The notes under the pieces were generated by a model. That model searched no databases, was not told the DNA's origin, and was given only the letters and a program-made list of their open reading frames with translations. Shown here piece by piece: positions 1 through 12,632 of a stretch of 64,000 nt of DNA (position 1 is the first letter of the stretch; each line of letters begins with the position of its first letter). The stretch is from Eledone cirrhosa (lineage: Eukaryota), in NCBI GenBank assembly GCA_964016885.1, contig OZ024743.1, forward strand, positions 353,028,001-353,092,000, read 5' to 3'. A program made the translations under genes and the position numbers.

Positions 1-13
1 ATATATATATATA

Positions 14-61
<48 letters not shown>

Positions 62-65
<4 letters not shown>

Positions 66-260
66 TATAAAACCATATTTATTTCATTATACATATTTCA
101 GGGATAGAACATTAAATTATGCTATGCCTTCATCAGACAAAATACAATATATAACAGTTTTACAAATAGCTTTGACGTACCCTTTTAAAATGCAACCACT
201 TTATCAGTTATAAAAATATTTACTTGTTGTATCCCAACAACTTTAAATAGAACTTTTGCA
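62..260 (-). mobile_element. Short PLE terminal-repeat fragment with HHR-like motif, in (TA)n
   Basis: Same family as 29167-29506. Minus strand reads TTTTGT-CTGATGA-AGGC...CCT-GAAAT at about 85-145. Flanked by (TA)n on both sides. Confidence 0.6.
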
Positions 261-282
261 TATATATATATATATATATATA

Positions 283-483
283 TAGGAAAAGAGTCAGGAC
301 CCCGACGGCTGAGCTCCGGCTGAGCTATTTCTGAAATAGCTAGTTCAGAAATAACTGTCGAAACGGCCGGAACTCAGCCGTCGGGGTCCTGACTCTTTTC
401 CTATTACCCACTCTACTACCTATAGTATTGAGTACTCTGGTGCTTTATGGTCCACTTGGTTCCTTACCACACTTCCTTCGTTA
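283..483 (+). mobile_element. Mini PLE-type insertion (family A): inverted repeat plus 3' tail
   Basis: 283-320 is the near reverse complement of 366-403, followed by an ~80-nt tail. Homologous to 21061-21218 and to the ends of the GIY-YIG element at 21641-23418. (TA)n flanks. Confidence 0.7.
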
Positions 484-499
484 TATATATATATATACA

Positions 500-1319
500 T
501 AGTTAATAAATGAAACAAACAAAACACAGGAAGCAATTTTACACAGTTATATTAGGTTCAATTGTACAGTTATATTGGTGGAAGTGGGGGAGGTTTCAAC
601 GTTTCGGACAGAAATCCTTCTTCAGGAAAGTGCGGAGAACAGATAGACGTAAGAATAGTGTGAGAAGGTTAAGGAAGGAAGTTAAAAAACATGGTGATAG
701 AGGGAGGTGGGTGGGTGAAAGGTCCGGCCTGTGGGGGGGGGGGGGGTAAGTAGGTGGCATGGGTGTGGTTGTGTGTGTGTATGTATGTGTCGAAGGGAGG
801 AAATTGGTACACGTGCGTAGCTTCAGTCTATGTGTCCCAGTCTTATAAAGTGAAGTGTCCACACTGGTATGTGGGTGTGTGTGTATGCCTGTGAGATTTT
901 AGTTTTGTGTGTGTGTGTACGTGTGAGTGTGTGTGTATGGGGGTCTTTTTCTGTAATTTCTATATATGTGAGTGTGTACGATTGCGCGTGTGTGTATGTA
1001 TTATCAAGTGTGTGTTGAATGAATGTGTCTGTGTGGATGTCTACAGATGGATGTGTACAGGTGATTTTTTTATGTGTGTGAATATGTCTGTGTATGTAAT
1101 GTTTCTATTGTTTTTACGTATGTTGGTGTGTAATTTAGCACCTGTGTGTGTGTGTGCATATTTCCACGTGTGTATGCTGTGTCCATAAGAGTGTTGTGGT
1201 TGTGTTCAGTCAGTAGTGGGAATATATTATGTACGTATGTGTGAGGGTGGATGTGTGTATGTATGGGTATGTCAGTGTGTGTGTGTTGGAGTATCCAGAT
1301 AATTCAGGAGAGAACAGCA

Positions 1320-1322
<3 letters not shown>
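500..1322 (-). mobile_element. PLE 3' UTR/pLTR fragment with minimal HHR
   Basis: GT-rich UTR between (TA)n runs, with an HHR on the minus strand near its 3' end. Confidence 0.55.
593..630 (-). ncRNA. Minimal type I hammerhead ribozyme
   Basis: Minus strand TTTC-CTGAAGA-AGGATTTCTGTCC-GAAAC-GTT-GAAA: stem I, core, stem II and palindromic stem III. Confidence 0.7.
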
Positions 1323-1375
<53 letters not shown>

Positions 1376-1378
<3 letters not shown>

Positions 1379-1697
1379 CCATTCCTTCACCTGCACACCC
1401 ACCCACGTTGTCTATGCCCTCCGGTGTTCCCTTTGTGGGTCTTTATATATCGGACAAACGGGACGCCGTATGGCGGACCGTTTTACCGAACATTTGAGGG
1501 ACATACGACTCGGTTTGGATACTCCTATCGCCCGTAATTTCTGTTCTCCTGGTCATTCTTCTATACATGTTTCAGTCCTGGGTGTTCTTTTACATTATCG
1601 ATTACAGGCCTCGCGCACCAGGACTGAACAAAGTCTGATTCACCGCCTTGGGTCCTATTCCTTTCTTGGACTCAACTCACCTCCCCAATTTCTCTAA
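1376..1697 (+). pseudogene. PLE GIY-YIG endonuclease C-terminal fragment
   Basis: FTCTPTHVVYALRCSLCGSLYIGQTGRRMADRFTEH...E..LI..LG..LGLN is a typical PLE endonuclease domain. The ORF-track N-terminus is microsatellite. Confidence 0.85.
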
Positions 1698-2172
1698 TAC
1701 CCCGTCCATTATCACATCCCTAGATTCCTATCGCTTTCTCTTGATCATTAGCAGCTTCTCTTACTACTAATACATGCTCACTATATATGCTCACTCCACT
1801 TTTCCATTCACTGCTCTGTATACACACATACACACCCTTATATTAACATACTTTTGCTCATAGCTTCGTACTTATATGCACACACACTCTTTTACGCACA
1901 TACACACACACACTTCTTCTTAGCTTCGTACGGACTTATAATAACACACACACACACACACACAAACTCATGCTTACGCACGTGCACAAGTATAGCTGCT
2001 TATACAAAACGTTTTTTTTTTTCCATTTCCTAAAAAACAAATCATACACAAAACGCCAGCACCAACAGTTTTGCAAGAGATGTCAACATAAATGGACCTG
2101 TTATTTTTATCTAAGACATTTTTTCCGATTCCATCCCGTCCGTCCCCTCAATCTATTTTATTTCTCATTCTT

Positions 2173-2209
2173 TCTTCTGATGAAGGAGTATCGTCCGAAA
2201 ACGTTAAGA
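2173..2209 (+). ncRNA. Minimal hammerhead ribozyme
   Basis: TCTT-CTGATGA-AGGAGTATCGTCC-GAAAACGTT-AAGA. Confidence 0.65.
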
Positions 2210-2311
2210 CCCTCTTCCTGCTATATCAAGCGTTAACCTAATAAATACCTTCCGTATTCTGTACCGATTGTGTTGTTATTTCTGTTTACCTTTTACATAT
2301 ATATATATGTG

Positions 2312-2494
2312 TGTAAATATAGGTGATCAGTGAGCTGTACTGATGAAGGGTGATACCCAGAAACATTAGTGTGTACAGTTCTCTTCACAAGAACAAGAAT
2401 GAGAGTTCATTCTACTGAAATGGCTATAAAAATGAGGCTTGTTTCCATAATCGCAAATGAATCGAATGTTATTATTAATATTCGAAAAACTCAG

Positions 2495-2498
<4 letters not shown>
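2312..2498 (+). mobile_element. Short HHR-bearing repeat (family C)
   Basis: GAGCTGTA-CTGATGA-AGGGTGATACCCA-GAAAC. Related copies lie at 9305-9420, 12635-12800 (-), 24680-24840, 28602-28763 and 45973-46170. Confidence 0.65.
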
Positions 2499-2584
<86 letters not shown>

Positions 2585-3494
2585 AAAGAATAGAGGTGTA
2601 ACACACAAGTTATTATATATTGGTAAACGGAATAGAAAATGCTGACAAATTGTTCACAGTGAAAAATAGTTTAGTTAGGAATAAGTGAGAATTAGTAATG
2701 GTATTGAGTTTTGGTTTTAAGTTTTACCGGTTGCGCATTTCTAATGCTTTTCAAAAATAATTTTGAGATAGAGCGTCCGTCATGTTTGCTCTGATCTGAT
2801 TAGTTTTGGGAATTCTACCTGTTTTTATGTAAAAAAAAGTGGCTCCAGCGGTATTAAAATAAGTTTTGCGCCAATTCGTGTTGCAAAAATTCTTGTGGTA
2901 AAAACAATTTTGATTGGTCGGTAGAGGTCATGTGAATGTAAAAAATTGATTTTGCGCCTAATGTAGGTTTGTGTCGGCTGACTGAGAGATAAGTCTTTCA
3001 CAACAAATATGTGTGTGTGTGTGTAGTAGTAGTAAAGAGGTTCGTTGTTGTGATAATGGTCAGCAGGGATGTGTGTGCGAACCGCAGACTGTTGACAGTT
3101 CAAATGCCTATTAAGGCAAGTGTGTCTGTGTGTGTGTAGCAGAGTAATTCGTGGTAGAGGGATGGTCAGTAGGAATGTGTCTGTAAGTGTGTGTGGGGGA
3201 TATTTTAACATGTTAAAAGCTATTTTTTCAGCTCTTGTCTTATACGGAGAAGTGTGTGTGTGTGTGTGTATGTCTCTTTGTATGTTAATGTAGGCGTGTG
3301 TATGTGTGTGTGTATATATATGTGTGTGTGTGTGTGTGTGAGAGAGAGAATGTGTGTGGGTGGATCAGTGTTTATTTCTGGTAAAATGGTGTACATTATT
3401 CGAGTAAAATCGATTCTCTCAATAGAACATCAAAAACCTTAATAATAAAAGGTGTGAAATGATATATAGTATTGGCATAATACCAAGGTGTGTG

Positions 3495-3775
3495 TGAGTG
3501 TGTCCAGATTGTACGTACTGCAAGGGGGATCCATTAGGCTTTGTCGTATTGGAATACCTATGCACAAATATGTATCTGGAGTGTGTCCAGAAATTGTATA
3601 CCTGTGCACAAATTGTATACCTGTGCACAAATTGTACACATGTATATGGAGTGTGTCCAGAAATTGTATACCTGTGCACAAATATGTATCTGGAGTGTGT
3701 CCAGATTGTACGTACTGCAAGGGGAATTCATTAGGCCTTGCCGTATTGGAATACCTGTGCACAAATATGTATGTG
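3495..3775. repeat. Minisatellite-like tandem repeats in PLE 3' UTR
   Basis: Repeated AAATTGTATACCTGTGCACA 20-mers and GTGTGTCCAGA blocks, plus a larger duplicated unit (3497-3580 vs 3694-3772). Confidence 0.75.
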
Positions 3776-3984
3776 CCCATCAGTGTACAATGCATGTGTG
3801 CGTTTATGTATGCGTGTGTGTCGGCACGTTTATATCTATAGACATCAAAAGGTATGCAAATTTGAGTATATTTGTGTTGCACCATAGAACATGTGTGTTT
3901 ATGTATGTCATTGTGTTTATATGTGGGTAGAGATGTATGCTGATGTAGGTATGTATGTTGACGTGTGTATGTTGTGGGTTCGTC

Positions 3985-5325
3985 TTAGGGAGTAGTGTTT
4001 AGACGGGGTCCGTATTTGTTAATAAAGCAAGATTCCTTGCTGATGCGCTGGGTGTGGGTGGCATTATGTTTAAATTTGTAGAGGAGAAAGATTCTGAAGT
4101 TGGGATGATTTTGGGCGGCACAGGTATCAATGTGTTCACTCAGTGGTATTTTCCTGTATTCCCGTATTTTAATTTGGGATCTATGGACAGTCATGCGTTG
4201 GCGGAGGCTGTTTTTGGTCTGGCCTATGTATTGTTCTCGACAACCTGAGCAAGTTAATACATATATTAGATTAATACATATATTAGATAGTGTTTTACTA
4301 TAAAACGTTGTCCTTCTTTGAAATAGAATTCCGAACCCTGTATTAGGTTGATGCAAATGCCACAGTTGGGTCTATCGCATTTTTTTACTGTGGGTTTCGT
4401 TGTTGTGGTTGGCAGTACTTTGGCATGTGTTAGGATGTTTTTCATTGACTTAGATTGTCTTTTGCTCTTTATGATATCGTGTGTTCGTAGGATTTGGTTC
4501 ATTCTATGGTCCTTTTTCAACACAGGGATGTTCTGGAGGATGGTGTCAAAGGCCTCATTGTTGAGGGGGTTGTGTGTGGAGATGTATGGAAGAGCTTTTA
4601 GTTTCGGTTGATTTACTTTAGGGCGTCTAAGGTCCTGGGTACTGAGTTTTAGGGCACGTTGGATTCCATTGTCAATTAGTGATGCAGGGTAGTCCCTGCC
4701 TATGAGTGTGTCCTTTAGTTCTTGTAGCCGTAAGTAGCAGGTGTTTTTATTGGAGACTATAGTACATATTCTCTAGGCTAAGTTGTAGGGAATATTAATT
4801 TTAACGTGTCTAGGGTGGCAAGAGTTGAAAGGAAGATATTGCTTGGGGTCTGTGGGCTTGTAGTATATGTCTGTTTCTATTTTTTTGTTATGAATCTTAA
4901 TGAGGATGTCGAGGAAGGGGAGTTGTTGATGGCTGTATTCCATCGTGTAGTTAATATTTGTGTTGAGCCCATTTATAAGGGTGTGAAATTCTTTAAGTTT
5001 CTCGATGTTTTCGTGCCAAAGGATGAAGCAGTCATCTAGATATCGCTTCCAGTTCCTTTCTATGTGTAAGTGGAGAGTGTTTCCAAATTTGTTTAGGACT
5101 TTAGTGTAGAGGGTGATTTCCAGGTATCCCATGACTAGGTTGGCATAAGTGGGGGCTGTTTTCGTTCCCATAGCGGTCCCAGATTTCTGCCTGTAGGGTT
5201 TGTTATTGAAAACGAAGTAATTGTTCTCCAAGATAAATTTGAGTCCCTCTATCACGAATTCTTTTTTGATGCGTTGTGGGAGTTCATTGTGGTAATTATC
5301 CAGCCAGAATTGGATAGCTTGATCC
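3985..5325 (-). pseudogene. PLE reverse transcriptase + Cys linker + GIY-YIG endonuclease (disrupted)
   Basis: Motifs YRQKSGTAMGTKTAPTYANL, RYLDD, LPFLD, YYKPTD, SCHP, linker KKCDRPNCGIC and IYVLTCSGCREQYIGQT. Contains a stop at 4773 and a frameshift near 4270. Confidence 0.9.
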
Positions 5326-6099
5326 ACCCACCCACACACACACACACATTCTCACACACCCACACACACACACATATATATATATATACACACACACATA
5401 CACACGCCTACATTAACATACAAAGAGACATACACACACACACATTTCTCCGGGTAAGACAAGAGCTGAAAAATATCTTTTAACATGTTAAAATATCCCC
5501 CACACACTTACAGACACATTCCTACTGATCATCCCTCTACCACGAATTACTCTGCTACACACACACACACACTTGCCTTAATAGGCATTTGAACTGTCAG
5601 CAGTCTGCGGTTTGCACACACATCCCTGCTGACCATTATCACAACAACGGACCTCTTTACTACTACTACACACACACACATATTTGTTGTGAAAGACTTA
5701 TCTCTCAGTCAGCCGACACAAACCTACATTAGGCGCAAAATCAATTTTTTACATTCACATGACCTCTACCGACCAATCAAAATTGTTTTTACCACAAGAA
5801 TTTTTGCAACACGAATTGGCGCAAAACTTATTTTAATACCGCTGGAGCCACTTTTTTTACATAAAAACAGGTAGAATTCCCAAAACTAATCAGATCAGAG
5901 CAAACATGACGGACGCTCTATCTCAAAATTATTTTTGAAAAGCATTAGAAATGCGCAACCGGTAAAACTTAAAACCAAAACTTAATACTAACCAATACCA
6001 TTACTAATTCTCACTTATTCCTAATTAAACTATTTTTCACTGTGAACAATTTGCCAGCATTTTCTATTCCGTTTACCAATATATATATATATATATATA

Positions 6100-6323
6100 T
6101 AAGGAAAAGAAATCGAAAATGCAACTGGAGTCTTGTTTGAGAAAAACTACAAACCCTCCATCTCAATTCTACTTTTGAAAAGCATAAGAACTGTGAAACC
6201 GGTAAAGGAAACAAATAAATATTTTAAAAAAGACTTCAGTTGCATTTTCGATTTATTTTCCTTATACTTTCACTCGTGTAGTACATCTCCTTTTTTTTTC
6301 ATAAAAAACGCCTCATTTTCTTA
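6100..6323 (+). mobile_element. Mini foldback element with U3-A8 HHR variant
   Basis: 6100-6133 is inverted to ~6231-6264. HHR-like CTT-TTGAAAA-GCA..TGT-GAAACCGGTA-AAG at ~6170-6210. Second copy at 46272-46510. Confidence 0.65.
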
Positions 6324-6338
6324 CACACACACACACAG

Positions 6339-6430
<92 letters not shown>

Positions 6431-6656
6431 AAAGAGATATTTAATTTGTTGGTTATTCAACGATGTCTACAAGAACTGAATAATTCTTTCTTTTAGTTAA
6501 TAGAGTTTTGGCAGGTAAGTATATAAAATATTTCTTCAATACACAAATGACAAATTCCTGCTATATCAAGCGTTAACCTAATATATACCTTCCATATACT
6601 GTATCGATTGTGTTGTTATTTCTTTTTACCTTTTATATATATATATATATATATAA

Positions 6657-7138
6657 CCGAATACTCATATATTTTACCGGCGAAGATTCGAAACCGAATC
6701 TGAGGTTTCTCGCCTCTTCGACCACCCATTATTGGAAAGTTCTCACCATTGTCCTGTCAAGTCAACGATGATAAACTTACATTCCACTTGACCTGTGATA
6801 CCAGCTTCCTGGGAGACAATATCCACATGGCTGATCATAAATCAACCTCATATACACATCCTTCTAACCATAGCACTATTATAAATACAAGGAGTTAAGG
6901 AATCTAAAAGCCAGAGAGACCGAAGCAAACAGTCCGTGTTAAGGTTCACGATGTAGCAGACCTTTCACTCTATCTCTCTCCTGGCCCTTACATACACACA
7001 TAGTAAGTTTATATTGTTTACATTCTATGCTCACTCTATTCTTCCTGTCATATTGTATCCGTAAGATACAACACAACTTTTACTATATCGTTTTCTGTGA
7101 TACATGCATTTACGCTAACTCGTAGAAGTTAGTCAGCA
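6657..7138 (+). repeat. Fragment of interspersed LTR-like repeat
   Basis: High similarity to 8385-8985 and 53660-54220. Confidence 0.6.
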
Positions 7139-7139
7139 A

Positions 7140-7680
7140 GGGATCGCTAACAAAATCACAAAGGGGAGAACCTTAGCAGCTATCTGGGTCCCGGGGCACT
7201 GCAACATCAAAGGGAATGAACTGGCGGACGCCCAGGCGAAACAAGGCTCAGCATCTACTCACCTGGAAAGTTCAATCGATGCCGCCACCCGACGCGCCGT
7301 CATTCGCCGGGAATTTCGCCCACCACCGATCCAGCATCAACATCTACAATCAGTCTTTAGCCGCCACCCAAATGAAGAGAATGAGCAGATAGGAACCATC
7401 TCGTCCGCTTCCGCAGTGGACATCACGCGTCATTAAGTAGATGGCTCCATATGATCGGCCAAGCAGAAATCAACACATGCCGTCTGTGCGGAGAGGAGGA
7501 AGAATCCTTCGAACATCTTTGGATGAGATGTCCGGCCTTGATGGTGGATTGTTATCACCACCAACTCGGCTCCAGCATGGATGAACTCGTGCGTCTCCCA
7601 CACGCCAGTCTAGCGCTACTGAGGGTAATCCTCAGGCGCCTGTGGTAAGAAAAAAAAACAAAAGAAAAAAAACAACGACA
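7140..7680 (+). mobile_element. 3' end of RNase H-containing LINE (I/Ingi/Nimb/Loa-like group)
   Basis: Encodes AIWVPGHCNIKGNELADAQAKQG (RNase H) and CRLCGEEEESFEHLWMRC (CCHC), followed by a stop and an A-rich tail. Confidence 0.8.
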
Positions 7681-7956
7681 ACTCTACTAGCTTCCTAGTA
7701 AGAAACGATAATATTCTTATACCAAAGAAATTTTTTTTTTTTACAGAAAGGAACTCAGACACTCAAAGAAAAGAAAAACTGAACGTTTTGTTAAAAAAAC
7801 AATTATTTCTTCTTTTTTTACAGGCAATATATGAACATTCATTTTTTTTTTACTGTATTATATGCCTGCATGAACACATTTTCTTTTGCTGTATTATATG
7901 CCTGCATTTCTTTGTCACAGACCAACATGTTGTCTATAGTGTATGTTCTTGATTCC

Positions 7957-9132
7957 TGTGGGGGATTCTGCGAGATCGTTTTTCGTATGTTCTTGATTCG
8001 TGTTGGTATTCTGCGAGATCCCTTTTCCCCTGGTTGAGGTACGGAAACATACAATCGACACATGCAGCTCAAATCACCTGCACTCACACAGGCCGCAACA
8101 CGAGATTTGCTCAATTCAGCTGGATTCACACAGTTTCGCATCTCGCTGCACACTCATCGTCATATAGCATAAAAACCTCAATCTTGTCACTTTCCCGACT
8201 CACTGGGAAAGTATTCATGGAACAGGACCTGCCACCAGTTCCCACCGTTTCTCCAACGGACTCGCCAACAACTTCCCCGACTCACTGGGAAAGTATCATA
8301 CGAATGACACATCGAGAGCGACCCCGCACGCCAAGACATACCTATCTTAGACTCACACACACCTTGATCGTTCGATCCTTAGCTTTCTCATATATTTTAC
8401 CGGTGAAGATTCGAAACCGAATCTGAGGTTTCTCGCCTCTGCGACCACCCATTATTGGAAAGTTCTCACCATTGACCTGTCAAGTCAACGATGATAAACG
8501 TACATTCCACTTGACCTGTGATACCAGCTTCCTGGGAGACAATATCCACATGGCTGATCATAAATCAACCTCATATATACATCCTTCTAACTATAGCACT
8601 ATTATAAATACAAGGGGTTAAGGAATCTAAAAGCAAGGAATACTGAAGCAAGCAGTCCGTGTTAAGGTTCACGATGTAGCAGACCTTTCACTCCATCTCT
8701 CTCCTGGCCCTTACTGGTTGTCACCTTCTCGGCCATAGACATAACCTGACAGCCAGCCATGCCTGCCTGACAGATTGACCACTACTACTACGACAATAAT
8801 GTATTCTAGGAATAGGCACACACATACACACACAGACACACACATAGTAAGTTCATATTGTTTACATTCTACGCTCACCCTATTCTTCCTGTCATATTGT
8901 ATCCGTAAGATACAACACAACTTTTACTATATCGTTTTCTGTGATACATGCATTCACGCTAACTCGTAGAAGTTAGTCAGCAACTTAATGTAGGGTAATT
9001 CATGTCATAAATATTATTACTCGATGTTCAAAGTGAATATTGTTATTATAAAATAAACGTTGTTAACAACTCAATCATGGCATTATTCTTTTCATCAAAA
9101 TTACCATACAAAGACTACCACTTATCCACTAC
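7957..9132 (+). repeat. Interspersed LTR-like repeat copy
   Basis: Its 3' ~750 bp match 53660-54368 and end in CCACTACA. The left boundary is uncertain. Confidence 0.5.
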
Positions 9133-9187
<55 letters not shown>

Positions 9188-9614
9188 TGTGCGCGCGTGT
9201 GTGTATGTGTGTGTGTGTGTGTTTGCGTGTGTGTGTGTGTATGTGTGTGTGTGTGTGTGTGTGAGTTTGTGCGCGCGCGTGCGCGCGCGCGCGTGTGTGT
9301 GTGTAAATAAAAAAAATGAGGACCTCATTCTACTGACATTGCTTTGAAAATGAGTGTTGTCTGCATAATTGCAAACGAATCGAATATTATTATTAATATT
9401 CGAAAAACTCAGACTACATTTATTGTATATATATATACATGTCAAAAGATTTATATTATTCGCTAGAGTCTGATACAGTATTTTGTGAAGAAATATATAT
9501 GCGGAGTGTATATGTATAATTGTGAAATTATCCGATGTGGATAATCCACAAGGATTTTCAGCAGCCTCGAATAATTTAGAATCGATTTGTTTCGTTATTA
9601 TTATAACTCATTAG

Positions 9615-9830
9615 AGGGCGGTGGATTGGCAATATCGGTAGAGGATAGGACGCCATCCTTTGTAGCATAGAGTTACGTCGCTTTACAGTCTGAGTTCAAA
9701 TGCCGCTGAGGTGAACTTTGTCTTTCACCCTGGCGTCGATAAAATAAAGCACCGGTAACGTACTGGGGTGATTTAATCTACGTTCCCCTCCCCCAAAATT
9801 ACTGGCATTGTGCTTATATTAGAAATCATT
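9615..9830 (+). mobile_element. tRNA-derived SINE (octopus-type)
   Basis: A-box-like TGGCAATATCGG, B-box-like GAGTTCAAATGCC, body ..CTTTCACCCTGGCGTCGATAAAATAAAG.. Confidence 0.75.
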
Positions 9831-10354
9831 ACTACAACTCACTAGAATTTGCTTACCACATTTACTCGTGTGTAATGCGATAAATTTGAATTAAAACTTA
9901 GAGTCAAAATTAGTGGGCAGTATTATAATTGAGTGTAAAAACAAATAACGCAATGACAGAGCTCCTAAAACGAAGATACCGAAACATCTAACGACTAGTA
10001 GAAACATTTCATTGCCTGCATCTCTGAAACACAGTATGCTTAACGGGAAGAACAAGTGTCAATTGTTAACTCTGTTAGCAAGCTGTCATATGTGCAGACC
10101 TGCCAACTTCTAAAACATAAACTATATCACAGCTCAATAATAATTTACACTAAATTTGAAGCACTACAACTCTTGCAATTAAAGATTGTATTTTTATTAT
10201 GTAAATCAATTTTTAAAAGCCGCCATTAAGGAGAGTCGTTGCAGAAACATTTGCATATATACACGTGTATGCGTGTACACACATACACATACATCACAAC
10301 GAGCGCCATCACACTGAGAACAACATAACGAGTGATTCGACTTGCTACAAATAA

Positions 10355-10535
10355 TTGTTTCTACTATTGGAACAAGGCCAGCAATTACTCCAGTACATTA
10401 CTGGTACTTTATTTTATCGACCGCGTAAGGATGAAAGGCAAAGTGAACTTCGGCGGGATTTGAACTCACACCATAAAGGGACGTAACTCTATGCTGCAAA
10501 GCATAGCGTCCGACCTTCTGCTGATACTGCCAATC
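10355..10535 (-). mobile_element. tRNA-derived SINE
   Basis: Reverse complement of the 11263-11435 family. Confidence 0.75.
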
Positions 10536-10606
10536 CCCCCCCCCCCCAGAAATTGTATGTGTCTGTGTCTGTGTCTCTTCCGTAACATAAAACGGTTCGC
10601 ACTCAC

Positions 10607-10800
10607 CAGACCTGCCAATCTCTAAAAACCCAAACGGAGAGTACCATGACAATAAGGGCCCCAAAACGGGGAGAAATGAAGCAAAATGGGGAGATTTTAC
10701 ATAAAGAAAACTATGCCTATTTTCACAAGAGAAGACATCTGTCACCCACCCAAAGTGGGTGGGAGATCTCCCCGCCCTATAGGGAGAATTGACAGGTCTG
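10607..10800. mobile_element. ~190-bp MITE with CAGACCTGYCAA TIRs
   Basis: Starts CAGACCTGCCAA and ends TTGACAGGTCTG. Four copies in the window. Confidence 0.75.
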
Positions 10801-11262
10801 ATATGTGGGATTAAATATTCAGTTGTTTAAAAATTATTATTTGATTTAAAGGAGTAGTTTAAAACAATCAGGAACTATGTGTCTGTGTTATTTCTTTTTA
10901 TATATATTTTATTATCTAAAATCTGCGGAAATATAATGTTGAGTTTTCTTTTTATTAACAATGGCCGCACAGAATGGTCGCATTAGTAATGAACTGGGTA
11001 TTTGCTGGCCTTGTGCCTAAAGTAGAAACAATTATGTAAGTAGATAAAATATATTTGCAGATTTTTAGCTACAGAATGTGGTAATTGCATTAAATTCGAG
11101 ATCGCAATATACTCGAGCAAATAAAATAATTCTTTCTCGTTTTCAAGCTGCCAAGCGATACTAGCAAAATGCTATTTATTTAAATGTTAACAAGATTGTG
11201 CTAGCTATAACACATTTACCTAATATTACAACGTTGACGACTCGGCATTAATTACACAATTA

Positions 11263-11435
11263 TGGTGGATTGGCAGTATCGGTAGAGGGTCGGACGCCAT
11301 GCTTTCCAGCATAGTTACGCCCCTTTACGATCTGAGTTCAAATCCCGCCGAGGTTGACTTTGCCTTTCATCCCTACGGGGTCGATAAAATAAAGTACCAG
11401 TAATGCTGGCCTTGTGCCTAAAGTAGAAACAATTA
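11263..11435 (+). mobile_element. tRNA-derived SINE
   Basis: TGGCAGTATCGG A box, GAGTTCAAATCCC B box, GGGGTCGATAAAATAAAGTACCAG body. Confidence 0.8.
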
Positions 11436-11743
11436 ATTACACAAGTGTCAATACAGCATTTGTTATGAATAAATGTGTAATATTAAACTCCGATTTCACG
11501 ATGCAACGAGGTTTTTAATTCCGTAAACGCTTCCAAATCTAGAGTCAGGATGACTTACATAACAATACATTCGTGGTGAGATTTTGTGAAGTTTAAAGGG
11601 AAATTTATGCGATGTTATTTAACACCTAATGTCAAGAGATTATTTATAGCACCCCATTATCATACGCCTTATATAACTTTATATATAGAGAGATAGATAG
11701 ATAGATAGATAGATAGATACACACACACACACATATATATAAC

Positions 11744-12082
11744 TTTGAGTATGTGTTGGTTGCTTACTGACACTTCAGTATGCAGGTTAGAGCACTGAAC
11801 GAGGTGCGCAGGTTGGTCTGTTTACTCTGGAGTAATGTAAAAACAAGAAGCTTTCAGTTCCTTGGATGAATAACACCACACTCCGGATCTGAACATATCA
11901 ACGAATTAACAAAATAAAATCTATTCCAACATTATGTTTTCCTGTTTTTTCTGTTCAAGTTCTAATTGCCTGATGAGGTCATAGCTGTTATCACCGAAAT
12001 GATTATCACCGAAATATATATAGCAGCGGAATATAAATGAACGAAGTTAATTTTAACCTGTTGACTTACACTTCTTATTTAT
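11744..12082 (+). mobile_element. PLE pLTR fragment with HHR
   Basis: TTGC-CTGATGA-GGT...ACC-GAAAT at 11966-12025. Related minus-strand copies at ~24010-24245 and ~25860-26090. Confidence 0.6.
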
Positions 12083-12511
12083 ATATAATAAAGTTATATC
12101 TTCTTATATGAGTGTGGGTAATCGAGACTGCGACATAATAGCTTCAAATATTCATTTGTTGAATACTTAGCCTTACACATTTGACGTATCAGTGAGTATA
12201 CATATAATACACACACTAGGATACATGCCTCAATTTAATAGCTACTAGGTAGCTATTAGTTCTTTAAGCAGTACAAGAACCTCCCCATATTTATTTCCAT
12301 TTATGATGCAAAAACGACATATGGCTGTGTATACTTGTAAAGGTGCGCTTAGCTACTTAGACTGATTACATTAAATATCTTTAATTCTCAGAAGTCATGA
12401 TTTACATGGCCATATATTAGTTAGAAAATAATATAATTTAAGATCAATATTAGTTTCGCTCTAACATAGCGGATATGTAAATGCATTCGTTCGTGGGTTT
12501 TATATCTAATG

Positions 12512-12632
12512 ATAATTGTTTCTATTTTTGGCACAAGGCCAGCAATTATCCCAGTGCATTACTGGTACTTTATTTTATCGACCCCCTTAAGGATGAAAGA
12601 CAGAGTTAACCTCGGCGGGATTTGAACTCATA
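12512..12632 (-). mobile_element. Partial tRNA-derived SINE
   Basis: Matches the SINE body and B box (reverse complement GAGTTCAAATCCCGCCGAGG). Confidence 0.7.

Larger units (their letters stand above)
1376..2298 (+). mobile_element. 5'-truncated Penelope-like element (GIY-YIG end, 3' UTR, HHR)
   Basis: Starts directly after (TA)n. Carries a GIY-YIG ORF end, a CA-rich UTR and an HHR at ~2173-2209. Its tail is repeated at 6557-6635. Confidence 0.8.
2581..6080 (-). mobile_element. 5'-truncated Penelope-like element (Neptune/Poseidon-like) with ~750-bp inverted terminal repeat
   Basis: 2615-3366 is the reverse complement of 5320-6080, with RT and GIY-YIG fragments between the arms. Inserted in (TA)n. 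Confidence 0.88.

Noticed and set aside
3495-3775. CRISPR-like array
   Set aside because: The repeats are tandem with no unique spacers, the context is a eukaryotic retroelement UTR, and no cas genes are present.
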